Assembly: GCA_903821745.1 (NCBI GenBank)
Contig: CAIJMI010000003.1
Location: 22,690-86,689, forward strand
Direction of reading: 5' to 3'
From: Candidatus Gottesmanbacteria bacterium
GTDB lineage: Bacteria; Patescibacteriota; Microgenomatia; UBA10105; UBA927
DNA length: 64,000 nucleotides
Positions within the stretch are counted from its first letter, which is position 1. The number at the start of each line of letters is the position of its first letter. Of this stretch, positions 1 through 10,442 are shown piece after piece. A model generated the notes under the pieces. The model did not search any database, was not told the DNA's origin, and saw nothing but the letters and a program-made list of their open reading frames with translations. The translations under genes were made by a program, and so were the position numbers.

Positions 1-392
1 TCACTTTGAACAAAGATTTGCGCATCAGCTTCAATGAGTTTCAACTGTTGTATCGAGGCAAGCGAAAAATATTTTTTGCCAATATCAATCATCACGTGAT
101 CAATTTCAACTCCTGTTACCAACGCTTTTGGAAACAATGTATGCAATTTCCAAATAACCGTACCTCCGGCCGTTCCAAGAATAAGGATTGTCTTCACGTC
201 TTTTCGAAAAGAAATTCCAAATGCTCCAATCGCTGCTTTCCAAAGTGTGTCAATATATGGACCAGACTGCGGTGACCCATTCACAAGCAGTTTCATCTTA
301 TCTGATTCGGAGTTGATACGAATATATGCATTAAAGGGCGTCCTATACTCTGCAATTTTTTGAGGGATAAGATACGAAAGCCAATTTTTCAT
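1..392 (-). CDS. Spermidine synthase-like / class I SAM-dependent methyltransferase, N-terminal part (runs off window edge)
   Basis: Minus-strand frame from ATG at 392..390 reads MKNWLSYLIPQKIAEYRTPFNAYIRINSES...ILILGTAGGTVIWKL...VTGVEIDHVMI. The GTAGG motif suggests a spermidine-synthase-type Rossmann fold. Its start overlaps the serS stop in an ATGA arrangement. The ORF track omits it because there is no stop codon within the window. Confidence 0.5.
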   Translation of the reverse strand, partial: MKNWLSYLIPQKIAEYRTPFNAYIRINSESDKMKLLVNGSPQSGPYIDTLWKAAIGAFGISFRKDVKTILILGTAGGTVIWKLHTLFPKALVTGVEIDHVMIDIGKKYFSLASIQQLKLIEADAQIFVQS

Positions 393-1633
393 CGAGAAAT
401 CACTTCTTTTCCAACAAACGGAACGAGCACATCGGGAACACGAATTGATCCATCTTTTTGTTGATAATTTTCAAGTAACGGAATTAAAATGCGTGGTGAT
501 GCAACAGCGGTATTATTTAATGTATGACAATACTGTGTTTTTCCATCTTTTGTCCGATACCGAAGTTTCACACGTCGAGCCTGGAAATCACCCATTAACG
601 AATCGGACATTGTTTCTCCATATGCACCTCGTGATGGCATCCACGTTTCAATATCATATTTTTTCACCTGCGGTTCCCCCATGTCACCGGTACACATAGA
701 CATAACTCGATACGGTAGTTTTAAATCCTGAAGGATTTCTTCAGAGTTATGCAATAATTCCTCAAGTAGAGTAAGAGAATTACTCATCTCATTTGTTGAT
801 ATAATTAATTGTTCAATCTTGTTAAATTGGTGCAACCGATAAGCCCCTTTTGTATCTTTACCGTAACTCCCTGCTTCCCGTCTAAAACATGGGGAAAATG
901 CTACGAATTTTTTAGGTAAATCCATCTCCGAAAGAATTTCATCACTATAGTATGATGTCACCGGAACTTCAGCAGTCCCCGCAAGATACAAATCATCTTT
1001 TTCCAGATGATACACTTCATCACGTCCCCAAGGAAACTGTCCGTTACCAAATAACGTAAATTCCTTAACAAGTGATGGCGCCATAAGTGGGGTATATCCT
1101 TTGGAAACAAGTTTTCGAAGCGCATATTGTAAAATACCAAATTCTAGAAGCACTGCTTCATTTTTCAAAAAGTATGCACGGAATCCTCCAACTTTTGCTC
1201 CACGTTCAAAATCCATAAGGTCCAGTTTTTTTGCAAGTTCTATATGATCTTTAATACCGAAATCAAAAACTGGTTCTTTTCCCCATCGTCGCACTTCCAC
1301 GTTTCCTGAACTATCTTTTCCAATCGGAACACTTGTATCAGGAACATTTGGAACTGTCATGAGTATTGTCTGCAATTCTGCTTCCACTGATCGTTGTTCT
1401 TCTTCCAGTCCTTTGAGTGATTCTTTCAATTGTCTCCCTTCAACTTTCGCTTCTTCTGTTTGTTTTTTAGCAATTTCATTTCTTTTTGCTCGAAGATCAT
1501 CTACAGACTTTGTTAACCGACGCCATGTTTCATCGATGGCAAGGAGTTTATCCCATTCAACCACTCTATTTTTGTTTATTGCAGCTGCTTTACATTTTTC
1601 AAGATTTTCTTTTATGAAGTTAATATCTAACAT
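389..1633 (-). CDS. serS: Seryl-tRNA synthetase
   Basis: 414 aa. N-terminal coiled-coil arm MLDINFIKENLEKCK followed by a class II catalytic core. Confidence 0.93.
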   Translation of the reverse strand: MLDINFIKENLEKCKAAAINKNRVVEWDKLLAIDETWRRLTKSVDDLRAKRNEIAKKQTEEAKVEGRQLKESLKGLEEEQRSVEAELQTILMTVPNVPDTSVPIGKDSSGNVEVRRWGKEPVFDFGIKDHIELAKKLDLMDFERGAKVGGFRAYFLKNEAVLLEFGILQYALRKLVSKGYTPLMAPSLVKEFTLFGNGQFPWGRDEVYHLEKDDLYLAGTAEVPVTSYYSDEILSEMDLPKKFVAFSPCFRREAGSYGKDTKGAYRLHQFNKIEQLIISTNEMSNSLTLLEELLHNSEEILQDLKLPYRVMSMCTGDMGEPQVKKYDIETWMPSRGAYGETMSDSLMGDFQARRVKLRYRTKDGKTQYCHTLNNTAVASPRILIPLLENYQQKDGSIRVPDVLVPFVGKEVISR

Positions 1634-2241
1634 AGGATTTTTTGAATAATAGGCTTGAGTTCTTCAACAGCCTTTCTTCTATGATTATACGTTTTGTTCT
1701 CTTCTTGGGTCAATTCATCATGGTTATAAAATTTTGAAAGTTCCGGAAGATATAACAGTGACCGATATGGAAACCCTTTTCTTCTATATGAAGCAGCTTT
1801 CAGTGGAACAATACCACGCACGCTTGCTTCGCTTGTCCAGGTTTTTCCTTCAGGAGTTGCAAATGCTAACACAAGATGCAGTTGTGCACCACGCTTATCA
1901 AGCGGAATATCTTTTAACCGAAACAGCGCATATTGAATCAATTCCTCATCTTCATCTTCAGCATCCTCATGAATCCATCTGTGCGATTTCACTCCTGGTT
2001 CACCATTTAATGCATCAATCTCAAATCCACCATCATCGGCAATTGTTGGAAGACCGGATAATTTTGCATAATACATAGCTTTTAAAATTGCATTTTCTTC
2101 AAATGTTTTTCCCGTTTCTTCAACGTTTATAGTTATGCCCACGTCTTTCAAACTTACCAGGATTAACGGAAGATCTGATAAAAATTCTTGAAGTTCTGCA
2201 AGTTTCCCAGGATTTGTCGTCGCAACAAGAAGCGTTTTCAT
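1627..2241 (-). CDS. rdgB: Non-canonical purine NTP pyrophosphatase (RdgB/Ham1 family)
   Basis: 204 aa with the ATTNPGKLAE signature near the N-terminus, typical of Ham1/RdgB. 7-nt overlap with serS. Confidence 0.8.
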   Translation of the reverse strand: MKTLLVATTNPGKLAELQEFLSDLPLILVSLKDVGITINVEETGKTFEENAILKAMYYAKLSGLPTIADDGGFEIDALNGEPGVKSHRWIHEDAEDEDEELIQYALFRLKDIPLDKRGAQLHLVLAFATPEGKTWTSEASVRGIVPLKAASYRRKGFPYRSLLYLPELSKFYNHDELTQEENKTYNHRRKAVEELKPIIQKILC

Positions 2242-3695
2242 TGTTGCTCCGGTCGAAGGGTTGGAAAAAGAATAACGTCTTTGATTGATTTTTGATCTTC
2301 TAAAATGGTGAGCAATCGATCAATTCCCATTCCCCATCCTGCAGTTGGTGGCATACCGTATTCGAGGGCGCGAATATAATCCGCATCAAATGATTCAAAT
2401 TCTTCCTGCCCGCGTTTCCCTAATTCCTCTGATTCTCTCCATCGCGCTGCCTGATCTTGCGGGTCATTTAATTCATTGTAGGCATTAAGTAATTCTTCAC
2501 CCATTACAAGAAGCTGAAATGACGCTGTAAACCGTGGATCTTCAGGAAGCCGTTTGGCAAGTGTAACAAACGCTGTTGGTCGCTTTGTCAAGTATAATGG
2601 GCCAATTAATTTTGGTCGTACTGCTACTTTGTACATTGCATCCAATAGCGCCCCGTATCCAATTGCATCATTTGTATCCAATTTAATATTTTTTTCTTTA
2701 ATCGCAGCAAGTAGCTTTTTTTCATCATCCGCTATTTGGATATCAATTCCCGTATGCTCCAAAACAGCATCACGATAGGAAATTCTCGGCCAGGGAGGTG
2801 CAAAATCTAATTCCGTTCCTTGATATGAAATTTTTGTTGTTCCTTTTATTTCTTTTATGAGGCTGCTTATCATTTTTTCCGTATAATTCATTAAGTCTTC
2901 ATAGGTTGCATACGCCCAATAAAATTCAAGCATTGTGAATTCTGGATTATGTTGTCTACTCATGCCTTCATTCCGAAAATCTTTCCCAATTTCATACACC
3001 TTTTCGAATCCACCGACAATTAATCGTTTTAAATACAGCTCTACTGCGATACGCAGATATAAATCGCAATCAAGGGCATTGTGGTGCGTCACAAATGGCT
3101 TTGCGGATGCACCGCCATACAATGGTTGCAATACGGGAGTTTCCACTTCCATAAATCCATCTTTATTCAAAAAATTTCGTAAAAAGGTAATGACTTTTGC
3201 CCGGGTTTCAAAGACTTTTTTTACGTCTTTGTTCATAACAAGGTCAACATACCGTTGACGATATCGATCTTCAACATCGGTAAGTCCACTCCATTCATTC
3301 GGTAGTGGTCGTAATGATTTTGACAATAGTCGTGCTGTTTTTCCGAAGACTGACACTTCGCCAGCCTGCGTTTTTCCCACTTCCCCAGTCACTGCGATAA
3401 AATCGCCCATATCAAATAATTCAATAAGTGAAAAAGATGAGGCTTCCATAACGTCAGCCTTGCAAACCACCTGCATACGATCTGTCGTATCACGAAGATC
3501 TAAAAAGAAAATTTTGCCATGACCGCGAATTGCCATTATTCGACCGGCAATGGTTACTGTGTTTCCATCCTTTTTTCGGGCCTCAACTACAGCGATCTTT
3601 TCCCCTGTTTCCGGTGGATAGGCTGTCACACCACGATCAGATAACTTTTTGAGCTTTTCGAGTCGGGATTTTCGAAGTTCGTCAAGTGTTGGCAT
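2238..3695 (-). CDS. lysS: Lysyl-tRNA synthetase (class II)
   Basis: 485 aa. OB-fold anticodon-binding N-terminus followed by class II motifs (FRNEG, GGFGIGIDRL-like: GMGIDRLLTIL). Confidence 0.93.
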   Translation of the reverse strand: MPTLDELRKSRLEKLKKLSDRGVTAYPPETGEKIAVVEARKKDGNTVTIAGRIMAIRGHGKIFFLDLRDTTDRMQVVCKADVMEASSFSLIELFDMGDFIAVTGEVGKTQAGEVSVFGKTARLLSKSLRPLPNEWSGLTDVEDRYRQRYVDLVMNKDVKKVFETRAKVITFLRNFLNKDGFMEVETPVLQPLYGGASAKPFVTHHNALDCDLYLRIAVELYLKRLIVGGFEKVYEIGKDFRNEGMSRQHNPEFTMLEFYWAYATYEDLMNYTEKMISSLIKEIKGTTKISYQGTELDFAPPWPRISYRDAVLEHTGIDIQIADDEKKLLAAIKEKNIKLDTNDAIGYGALLDAMYKVAVRPKLIGPLYLTKRPTAFVTLAKRLPEDPRFTASFQLLVMGEELLNAYNELNDPQDQAARWRESEELGKRGQEEFESFDADYIRALEYGMPPTAGWGMGIDRLLTILEDQKSIKDVILFPTLRPEQQ

Positions 3696-3735
3696 ATATG
3701 CTTTATTCTATCACAAAAATATGCTCAGCTCGTTG

Positions 3736-4191
3736 TTATTCAATTGAAAGAATTTTGTAGAGAACTTTTCCTGCTGGGGCTTCTACTTCTGCAGTATCTC
3801 CGGCTTTCTTCCCCATCAATGCTTTTCCAAGTGGTGAAGAATGTGAGATCTTTTTATTCATTGGATCCGCTTCCCATTCTCCCACTAAATGAAATATATC
3901 CTTTTTGCCATTGACATGGAGTGTCACTTTCGATCCTACATCAATATGTGATTTTCCATGATTGGAAATCACTTTTGCTCCGTGTAAAATTTCTTCAAGT
4001 TCTGAAATTCTTCCATCAATGAAAGAAAGATCTTGTTTTGCATCAGCGTATTCACTATTTTCAGATAAATCTCCATTATCACGAGCATCAGAAAGCCGAA
4101 CTACAGCAATAGGACGTTTAGTGTTCACCAATTCGTCATATTCCTTTTTCAATTCATCTAATCCTTCTTTGGTCAATAATTGTCTATCCAT
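3736..4191 (-). CDS. greA: Transcription elongation factor GreA
   Basis: 151 aa. Coiled-coil tip carries DLSENSEY with the catalytic D and E. C-terminal FKBP-like domain. Confidence 0.9.
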   Translation of the reverse strand: MDRQLLTKEGLDELKKEYDELVNTKRPIAVVRLSDARDNGDLSENSEYADAKQDLSFIDGRISELEEILHGAKVISNHGKSHIDVGSKVTLHVNGKKDIFHLVGEWEADPMNKKISHSSPLGKALMGKKAGDTAEVEAPAGKVLYKILSIE

Positions 4192-4346
4192 ATACGCTCA
4201 CCTTCAAAAAAACTTCCTTCAGTCATTTATAAACGTTTGGCTTGGGAAGCAATAAATTTTGTGTCTTGCATGTCGGACACAAGGGTAAAGTTTACTCAAC
4301 TCTTCTTGTGATGTCAAGTGCTTATTGATACAATGAAACGTGCTTT

Positions 4347-4420
4347 GCCCCCATCGTCTAGCGGTCTAGGACGACGCCTTCTCAAGGCGTAGATCGCCGG
4401 TCCGAATCCGGCTGGGGGTA
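4347..4420 (+). tRNA. tRNA-Glu (anticodon CUC)
   Basis: Cloverleaf read by eye. Acceptor arms gccccca/tgggggt, D-arm gtct...ggac with a TCTAG-type D-loop typical of tRNA-Glu, anticodon stem acgcc/ggcgt with loop ttCTCaa, T-arm gccgg-tccgaat-ccggc, discriminator A. No encoded CCA. Two oddities: a G1-U72 wobble pair and C at position 55. Confidence 0.72.
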
Positions 4421-4462
4421 CTTCAGTTTTTCCCACAACACTTATGCTACAATTTCCCATAT

Positions 4463-5404
4463 ATGAATAGGGCAGGACGAAGACAAACAGCTCAATCCTT
4501 TTTTTTAAAATTAATTTTTTTTGTTCTCGTTATAGCTGGCACATTTCTGGTATTCATGCGACTTTTTCCTAAACAAAAAAGTATCTCGCCGCTTGCAGAA
4601 GAACCAACAGCATCCGCGACATCTAAAACAATTCTTTCCGTATTTTCAAAAAAGAGAAATCCTGACGATCTCAAACAATTGATTAAAGAAACCGTCGGTT
4701 TGACCTGGAAAAATTATTCTATTCTTGTTGTTGATACCGCTTCCGATTTCAAAATGGGTATCAATGAGGAAGAAATATTTACTGGTGCATCTGTCAATAA
4801 AATTCCTATTCTTGCAGCATTGTATACAAAAGTACAATCAGGGGATATTAATCTTGATAAAGTCATTACACTTCAACAAGACGATATCCAAGATTATGGC
4901 ACAGGTTCAATGCGCTATGACGGACCAGGAACTACTTATTCCATTAAAACTCTTGCGAAATTAATGATGCAACAGAGCGACAATACTGCGGCATATATTA
5001 TTGCAAATCAAATTGTGGGTATGGACAAAATCCAATCACTTCTTGATACTTGGGGCATGACACAAACAGATATGATTAACAATAAAACATCAAATACGGA
5101 TATAGCTGCAATTATGAAAAAAATATATGAGGGAAACGTTGCAAATGTCGCCTACACAAAAGAGATGCTCACTTTCTTCAAAGATGGAGAATTTGAAGAT
5201 AGACTTCCAGGACTGCTGCCAAAAGACGTTGTTGTATACCATAAAATAGGTACAGAAATTGGTGTTATGCATGATGTTGGCATTGTTGTCGGACCAACAA
5301 CAAAATATTATGTCGGTATTATGACCAGCGATATTACTGATGAAAAGGAAGCAATAGCATTAATGGCCAAAACTTCAAAGGTGATCTACGACTTCATGAA
5401 GTGA
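4463..5404 (+). CDS. Membrane-anchored class A beta-lactamase-like serine hydrolase
   Basis: 313 aa. N-terminal TM segment, then SVNK (SxxK), SDN and a KIG-T element where KTG is expected, matching the spacing of class A beta-lactamase/PBP-like folds. Confidence 0.6.
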   Translation: MNRAGRRQTAQSFFLKLIFFVLVIAGTFLVFMRLFPKQKSISPLAEEPTASATSKTILSVFSKKRNPDDLKQLIKETVGLTWKNYSILVVDTASDFKMGINEEEIFTGASVNKIPILAALYTKVQSGDINLDKVITLQQDDIQDYGTGSMRYDGPGTTYSIKTLAKLMMQQSDNTAAYIIANQIVGMDKIQSLLDTWGMTQTDMINNKTSNTDIAAIMKKIYEGNVANVAYTKEMLTFFKDGEFEDRLPGLLPKDVVVYHKIGTEIGVMHDVGIVVGPTTKYYVGIMTSDITDEKEAIALMAKTSKVIYDFMK

Positions 5405-5406
5405 AA

Positions 5407-7818
5407 TTATTTCTTCAAAATCTTTTTCTTTAAGGCAAATCCCAAGACTTCATCCATATGGTCAACAAAATGGAACGTTAAATCTTTTGTGACTTCTGGT
5501 GGAATATCTTCTAAATCTTTTTTGTTGTTCTTTGGTAAAATAACGGTTCGAATACCAGCTCTATGTGCAGCAATCACTTTTTCTTTTACTCCACCAATCT
5601 CCATGACCCGTCCACGAAGTGTAATTTCTCCTGTCATTGACACTGCCCGTCTTGCTGGAATCTTCGTAAAAGCAGATACAATGGCTGTTGCAATCGCAGC
5701 ACCAGCTGATGGTCCATCTTTCGGTACTGCGCCTTCCGGAACATGAACGTGCACATCTACTTTCTGGAAAAACTTTTCTAGTAACCCAAATGTCTTATAT
5801 CTGCTTCTCACATAGGACATGGCAGCAGTTGCTGATTCTTTCATAACATCGCCAAGTTGCCCCGTAAGAATCAGTCCTCCCCGACCAGGCATGAGAGCAA
5901 CTTCAATAAATAAAATTTCCCCACCTGCTTCTGTCCATGCCATACCTGTTGCCATTCCAACTTCATCTTTTGTTTCTGCAAGCATGGAACTTACCTTCCA
6001 TGGACCTAAATAGTCTGATAATTCATTTGCAGTTATAATTACATGTTTTCGCTTGGATAAGTCCACATCTGCAATTTTTCTTGCAATTTTTCGATATAAT
6101 GTCGCAACCTGTCGCTCTAGACTGCGAACTCCTGCTTCCCGCGTATATTTTCGTATAACATCGAGGATTGCATCATCCGTTAATTCCACTAATTTTTCTG
6201 GAATCCCATTGATTTGTCGTTGCTTCTCAAGTAAAAAGTCCTTCACAATATGAAACTTCTCTACTTCCGTGTATCCCGCAAAATGGATGATTTCCAACCG
6301 ATCACGAAGTGCTGGTGGAATAGTATCAAGAACGTTACAGGTCGTAATAAAGAAAACGTCTGATAAATCAAACGACACATCAAGATAATGATCGGAAAAT
6401 GCGTAGTTTTGTTCCGGATCCAATGCTTCCAGGAGAGCGCTTGATGGATCGCCCCGAAAATCTGCTCCGACTTTATCAATTTCATCAAGCATAAACACGG
6501 GGTTTTTCGTTCCAGCCTGTTTGATTCCTTGAATGATACGTCCTGGTAAAGCCCCTACATAGGTTCTTCGGTGTCCACGAATTTCTGCCTCATCACGAAT
6601 TCCTCCAAGAGACATTTTGACAAATTTTCTCCCCAAGGATCTTGCAATTGATTTTCCAATTGAGGTCTTTCCAACACCTGGAGGACCAACAAAACAAAGA
6701 ATCGTTGGAGAAGATTTTCCTTTGTGTTTCGATTCTTTGTTTACTGATTTCTTTTCTACGATCTCTTCTGGATTTTCGATATTGCGCAGTTTTAAGACAG
6801 CCAAATACTCCAAGATTCGCTCTTTAATCTTATCGAGTCCATAATGATCTTCATTTAAAACTGCGGCTGCATCAGTAATATTGACGTTATTAGGGCTTGC
6901 AACATCCCATGGTAATTCAACTAGTGTATCAAGATACGTTCGAACATAGGATGTTTCCGGATTATATTGAGACATTTGTGCAAGACGGGACAATTCTTTT
7001 TCCGCTTTCTTTCGAACGTCTTCTGGCATGCCTGCTTTTTTAATTTTGTCAGCCAGCTCTTTCATATCTTTATTTTCATCCGTATCTCCAAGTTCTTTTT
7101 CAATAGTCTTAATCCGTTCTCGAAGTACTTGTTCTTTAATATTCTTGTCAAATTTTTCTTGGGTTTTGTTGGCAATATTCTGTTCAAGCTCCGATACTTT
7201 CACTTCTTTAGCAATATAATATGTTTCTTTCGAAAACCGTTCTTTAATTGAGGAAATCTCAAGAAGCTCTTGCCGTTGGCTTGGTTTTAAGTCCAAAATA
7301 CTAGCAATCTGATAGGAAAGCGTCAATGGCGATGTTCCTGACATAATATTCATAAACGTCAAAAAGTCAATGGTCTTTCCCAATTTCACTGCCAGTTTTA
7401 ACTGACTTGCAAGATGATTTGATAATGCTTTGGTTTCTTCATCCTCTTCAATAGTGTCAGTTGTCTCGTATGCCCGTGCTACAAAAAACGGTTCGACGGC
7501 TTCATAAGATGTAATCTCAACTTTCGCGATACCTCGAACTAATGCATTAATCTCACCTTCATTTTTCATCATCTGAACGATCTCCCCGACCACCCCAATT
7601 TGGTAAAGATCTGAAGGAACCGGGTCATTGATGTTCTGATTTCGCTGCATGACAAAAATGACTTTCTTCCCCGTATTTTGCGCCGCTTCAATTGAGGCAA
7701 CTGACCGCTGCCGGCCAAAGGTTAAAATCATTTCAGTACTAGGAAATACTATGCCGTCCCGGATTGGTACAACGGGAAGAAGGTGTTCTTTTGATTGAAA
7801 TAAATCTGCCATATGCAT
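5407..7818 (-). CDS. lon: ATP-dependent Lon protease
   Basis: N-terminal LON domain, Walker [10 protein letters not shown], catalytic serine in DGPSAGAA. The ORF track extends to a TTG at 7845. ATG at 7818 or 7812 is more likely. Confidence 0.93.
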   Translation of the reverse strand: MHMADLFQSKEHLLPVVPIRDGIVFPSTEMILTFGRQRSVASIEAAQNTGKKVIFVMQRNQNINDPVPSDLYQIGVVGEIVQMMKNEGEINALVRGIAKVEITSYEAVEPFFVARAYETTDTIEEDEETKALSNHLASQLKLAVKLGKTIDFLTFMNIMSGTSPLTLSYQIASILDLKPSQRQELLEISSIKERFSKETYYIAKEVKVSELEQNIANKTQEKFDKNIKEQVLRERIKTIEKELGDTDENKDMKELADKIKKAGMPEDVRKKAEKELSRLAQMSQYNPETSYVRTYLDTLVELPWDVASPNNVNITDAAAVLNEDHYGLDKIKERILEYLAVLKLRNIENPEEIVEKKSVNKESKHKGKSSPTILCFVGPPGVGKTSIGKSIARSLGRKFVKMSLGGIRDEAEIRGHRRTYVGALPGRIIQGIKQAGTKNPVFMLDEIDKVGADFRGDPSSALLEALDPEQNYAFSDHYLDVSFDLSDVFFITTCNVLDTIPPALRDRLEIIHFAGYTEVEKFHIVKDFLLEKQRQINGIPEKLVELTDDAILDVIRKYTREAGVRSLERQVATLYRKIARKIADVDLSKRKHVIITANELSDYLGPWKVSSMLAETKDEVGMATGMAWTEAGGEILFIEVALMPGRGGLILTGQLGDVMKESATAAMSYVRSRYKTFGLLEKFFQKVDVHVHVPEGAVPKDGPSAGAAIATAIVSAFTKIPARRAVSMTGEITLRGRVMEIGGVKEKVIAAHRAGIRTVILPKNNKKDLEDIPPEVTKDLTFHFVDHMDEVLGFALKKKILKK

Positions 7819-7865
7819 CACTCTATTAGCAGTCAAGTATATCAACTGCTAAGATCCCTGTCAAC

Positions 7866-8720
7866 CTATTGAAATTGACTTAACAGTTCAAGCGTATCGA
7901 CCGAGACAGTGGGCAGTAAACTCAGAGGGCCATTTTTAAGCACAATTTCCCGATCTTCACTCGTATTTTCAACCCGTTTATGAAGGACACCAATGGGGAT
8001 TTTTTCACCAAACGTACTGGCAAGTTCAATTGATTGCTTCTTATCGCCCAAACTTTCCTCAGAAATGTTCACTTTTTGTATTCGTTCCCGATACCACTGA
8101 TAGGTATGAATTTTATCAAACGTTACGCATGGTTGAAGCATATCAACAACAGAAAAGCCCTTGTGTATTATTGCCGCTCTGATAAGTTCTGCAAGAAACG
8201 GAATATCTCCCGTAAATCCCCTCGCTGCAAACGTAGCGCCTGCAAAAATACCCAGTGACGATGGGGTAAATGGTGGGTCAACAACACCCGTTGGTGTTGA
8301 TTTCGTCACCATCCCAATTTGCGCTGTTGGAGAGGCCTGACCGGTGGTCAACCCATATACCTCATTGTTGTGGACAAGGACGGTAATATTCGGATTCCGC
8401 TTAGCTGCATGAATAAAATGATTGCCGCCTTCACCGAGGCAGTCACCATCCCCTGTAATTGCGATAACCGTTAAGTTTGGATTAGCAAGCTTAATGCCTT
8501 GCGCTACCGGTAATGCTCTTCCATGCAGGCCTTCAACCCCGTATACATTCATCCAATCACGCATATTTCCATGACAGCCAACTCCATAGACAATAACAAT
8601 ATTTTCCCGAGGGATGGCCAGTTTGGTTAACGCATTTTTGAGCGCCATCCAAATACCAAAGTTTCCACACCCTGGACACCAGGTTGGTTTCGTTGCAGTT
8701 AAAAATTGATCTTCCTTCAT
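7866..8720 (-). CDS. korB: 2-oxoacid:ferredoxin oxidoreductase, beta (TPP-binding) subunit
   Basis: 284 aa with CPGCGNFG and GDGDC thiamine-pyrophosphate motifs. Substrate (2-oxoglutarate, pyruvate or another 2-oxoacid) cannot be assigned. Confidence 0.85.
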   Translation of the reverse strand: MKEDQFLTATKPTWCPGCGNFGIWMALKNALTKLAIPRENIVIVYGVGCHGNMRDWMNVYGVEGLHGRALPVAQGIKLANPNLTVIAITGDGDCLGEGGNHFIHAAKRNPNITVLVHNNEVYGLTTGQASPTAQIGMVTKSTPTGVVDPPFTPSSLGIFAGATFAARGFTGDIPFLAELIRAAIIHKGFSVVDMLQPCVTFDKIHTYQWYRERIQKVNISEESLGDKKQSIELASTFGEKIPIGVLHKRVENTSEDREIVLKNGPLSLLPTVSVDTLELLSQFQ

Positions 8721-10441
8721 TTCATTCCTTTCGCGCGTTCAATAATTTCTTCTGTTGTCCATTGTCTTCCATCATATTTCAACCACTTCTCGGCAATTGT
8801 CACTCCTGTTGCTTCACGAATGAGTGAGGCCAATTGTCCGGTGGCATTTTGTTCAATCGAAATGAGACGTTTTTCTTTTTCCAAGAGTTGTTTTATTGTT
8901 TCTTCAACCATTGGGTATACCCAAGAGAAATGAATAAGTTTTACTTTTATCCCAGTTTCTTTCACTGTTTGCATTGCATCAAGTACAACTCCTTTTAACG
9001 ATCCAAATGCTACGAACGTTATATCCGCGTTTTCTTCTCCATACACGGTTGGCGGAGGAATAATTGCCTGAATGGCTTTCATTTTGTATAACCGTTTTTC
9101 AACCATTGTTTTTCTCATGCCTGATTCTTCCGTTGTATAGCCATACTCATCATGCTCGTAAGAATTTGCAATATATTCATGATCCTTTTGTCCTGGAAAA
9201 CTTCGTTTTGAAATGCCGCTTTGTGTCGATCGGTCATACCGTTTAAATGGTAGAGCGTCCGTATCCGCATGTATCTCCCCTTTTGTCTGAGTTTTTAATA
9301 CTTCCCGAGGAAGTTGCCATAACGTTTCATTGATATATTTATCAGTTAACAAAAAAATCGGAGTTTGAAACTGTTCAGCAAGGTCAAATGCAGTTTTGGC
9401 TAGGGTATATGACTCTTCGACATCACCGGGAGCAAGAATAATGCGAGGAAATTCTCCATGTCCTGCATGTAATACCATATGAAGCTCTCCTTGTTCTGTC
9501 CATGTTGGCATACCCGTTGCTGGTCCTGGCCGCATACCAAGATCAATGACTACTGGAACTTCCATGACGCCCGCCATGGATACTGCTTCCACCATTAAAG
9601 CAAATCCACCACCTGATGTTGCCACCATGCTTCTTGCACCGGCAAGCGAGGCGCCAATTGCCATATTTATGCCCGCTATCTCATCTTCCGGTTGTTTATA
9701 CACAATCCCAAGTTCTGTTGCGTGATCTGCAAATAATGGAATAAGGGCATTAATTGGAGTCATCGGATAAATTGCAGCAAACTTCATTCCTCCAGCGAGA
9801 GATCCGAGTGCGACTGCTTCACTTGCATTCATCACAAGTTGTGGTTCTTTTATGATTCCTTCACTAATATTCTGGTCATGTAACGCTTCAAAATGATCTT
9901 TAACGTAGGTGTAACCGAGAGTTGCGATATCAATATTTTCAGTAACTATTGCTTCTCCCTTTCCTTTGAATTGATCTTGAATGACGTGGGTTAATAACGA
10001 GATGTCTTTACCAAGCAAAAACATGCTTACTCCAAGAGCAATAGTGTTTCGCATTACTGCGTCACCGTTTTTCTGTTTCAAAAGTTCCGAAAATGGAATG
10101 GAAATAAGCGTAATAGGATGATTAAACTCTTCCTGTTTCCATGCATAATCTTTTTCATCATATACAACGTATGCATTTAGATCTAAATCACTTTTGTGCA
10201 GATCTATCGTTTCTTTATTCAATGCAATTAATATATGTATAGATTTTTTTGGCGCATGAACTGTTGCGGTTGTAATCCTTACAGAAACAAAATTATGCCC
10301 TCCACGGATTAACGAAGGATACTCGTTGCTTGCGATGACTCCATATCCTGCTCTTGAAAATGTTTTTGCAAGCATCGTACCAGAAGACATAATTCCAAAT
10401 CCAGCTTCTCCACCAATTGCCCATGTAATATCTGTTTTCAT
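8717..10441 (-). CDS. korA: 2-oxoacid:ferredoxin oxidoreductase, fused gamma-alpha subunit
   Basis: N-terminal gamma-like domain (MKTDITWAIGGEAGFGI), then an alpha domain (EAVALGSLAGGMKFAAIYPMTP). Start placed at ATG 10441 because the preceding 44 codons in the ORF track lack homology. The ferredoxin gene stop lies 2 nt upstream. Confidence 0.85.
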   Translation of the reverse strand: MKTDITWAIGGEAGFGIMSSGTMLAKTFSRAGYGVIASNEYPSLIRGGHNFVSVRITTATVHAPKKSIHILIALNKETIDLHKSDLDLNAYVVYDEKDYAWKQEEFNHPITLISIPFSELLKQKNGDAVMRNTIALGVSMFLLGKDISLLTHVIQDQFKGKGEAIVTENIDIATLGYTYVKDHFEALHDQNISEGIIKEPQLVMNASEAVALGSLAGGMKFAAIYPMTPINALIPLFADHATELGIVYKQPEDEIAGINMAIGASLAGARSMVATSGGGFALMVEAVSMAGVMEVPVVIDLGMRPGPATGMPTWTEQGELHMVLHAGHGEFPRIILAPGDVEESYTLAKTAFDLAEQFQTPIFLLTDKYINETLWQLPREVLKTQTKGEIHADTDALPFKRYDRSTQSGISKRSFPGQKDHEYIANSYEHDEYGYTTEESGMRKTMVEKRLYKMKAIQAIIPPPTVYGEENADITFVAFGSLKGVVLDAMQTVKETGIKVKLIHFSWVYPMVEETIKQLLEKEKRLISIEQNATGQLASLIREATGVTIAEKWLKYDGRQWTTEEIIERAKGMK

Positions 10442-10442
10442 A

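Noticed and set aside
6-275. 89-aa plus-strand ORF at the window start
   Set aside because: It is antisense to the better-supported minus-strand methyltransferase-like gene, which overlaps serS in an ATGA arrangement. Its composition is Cys/Arg-rich and looks non-coding.
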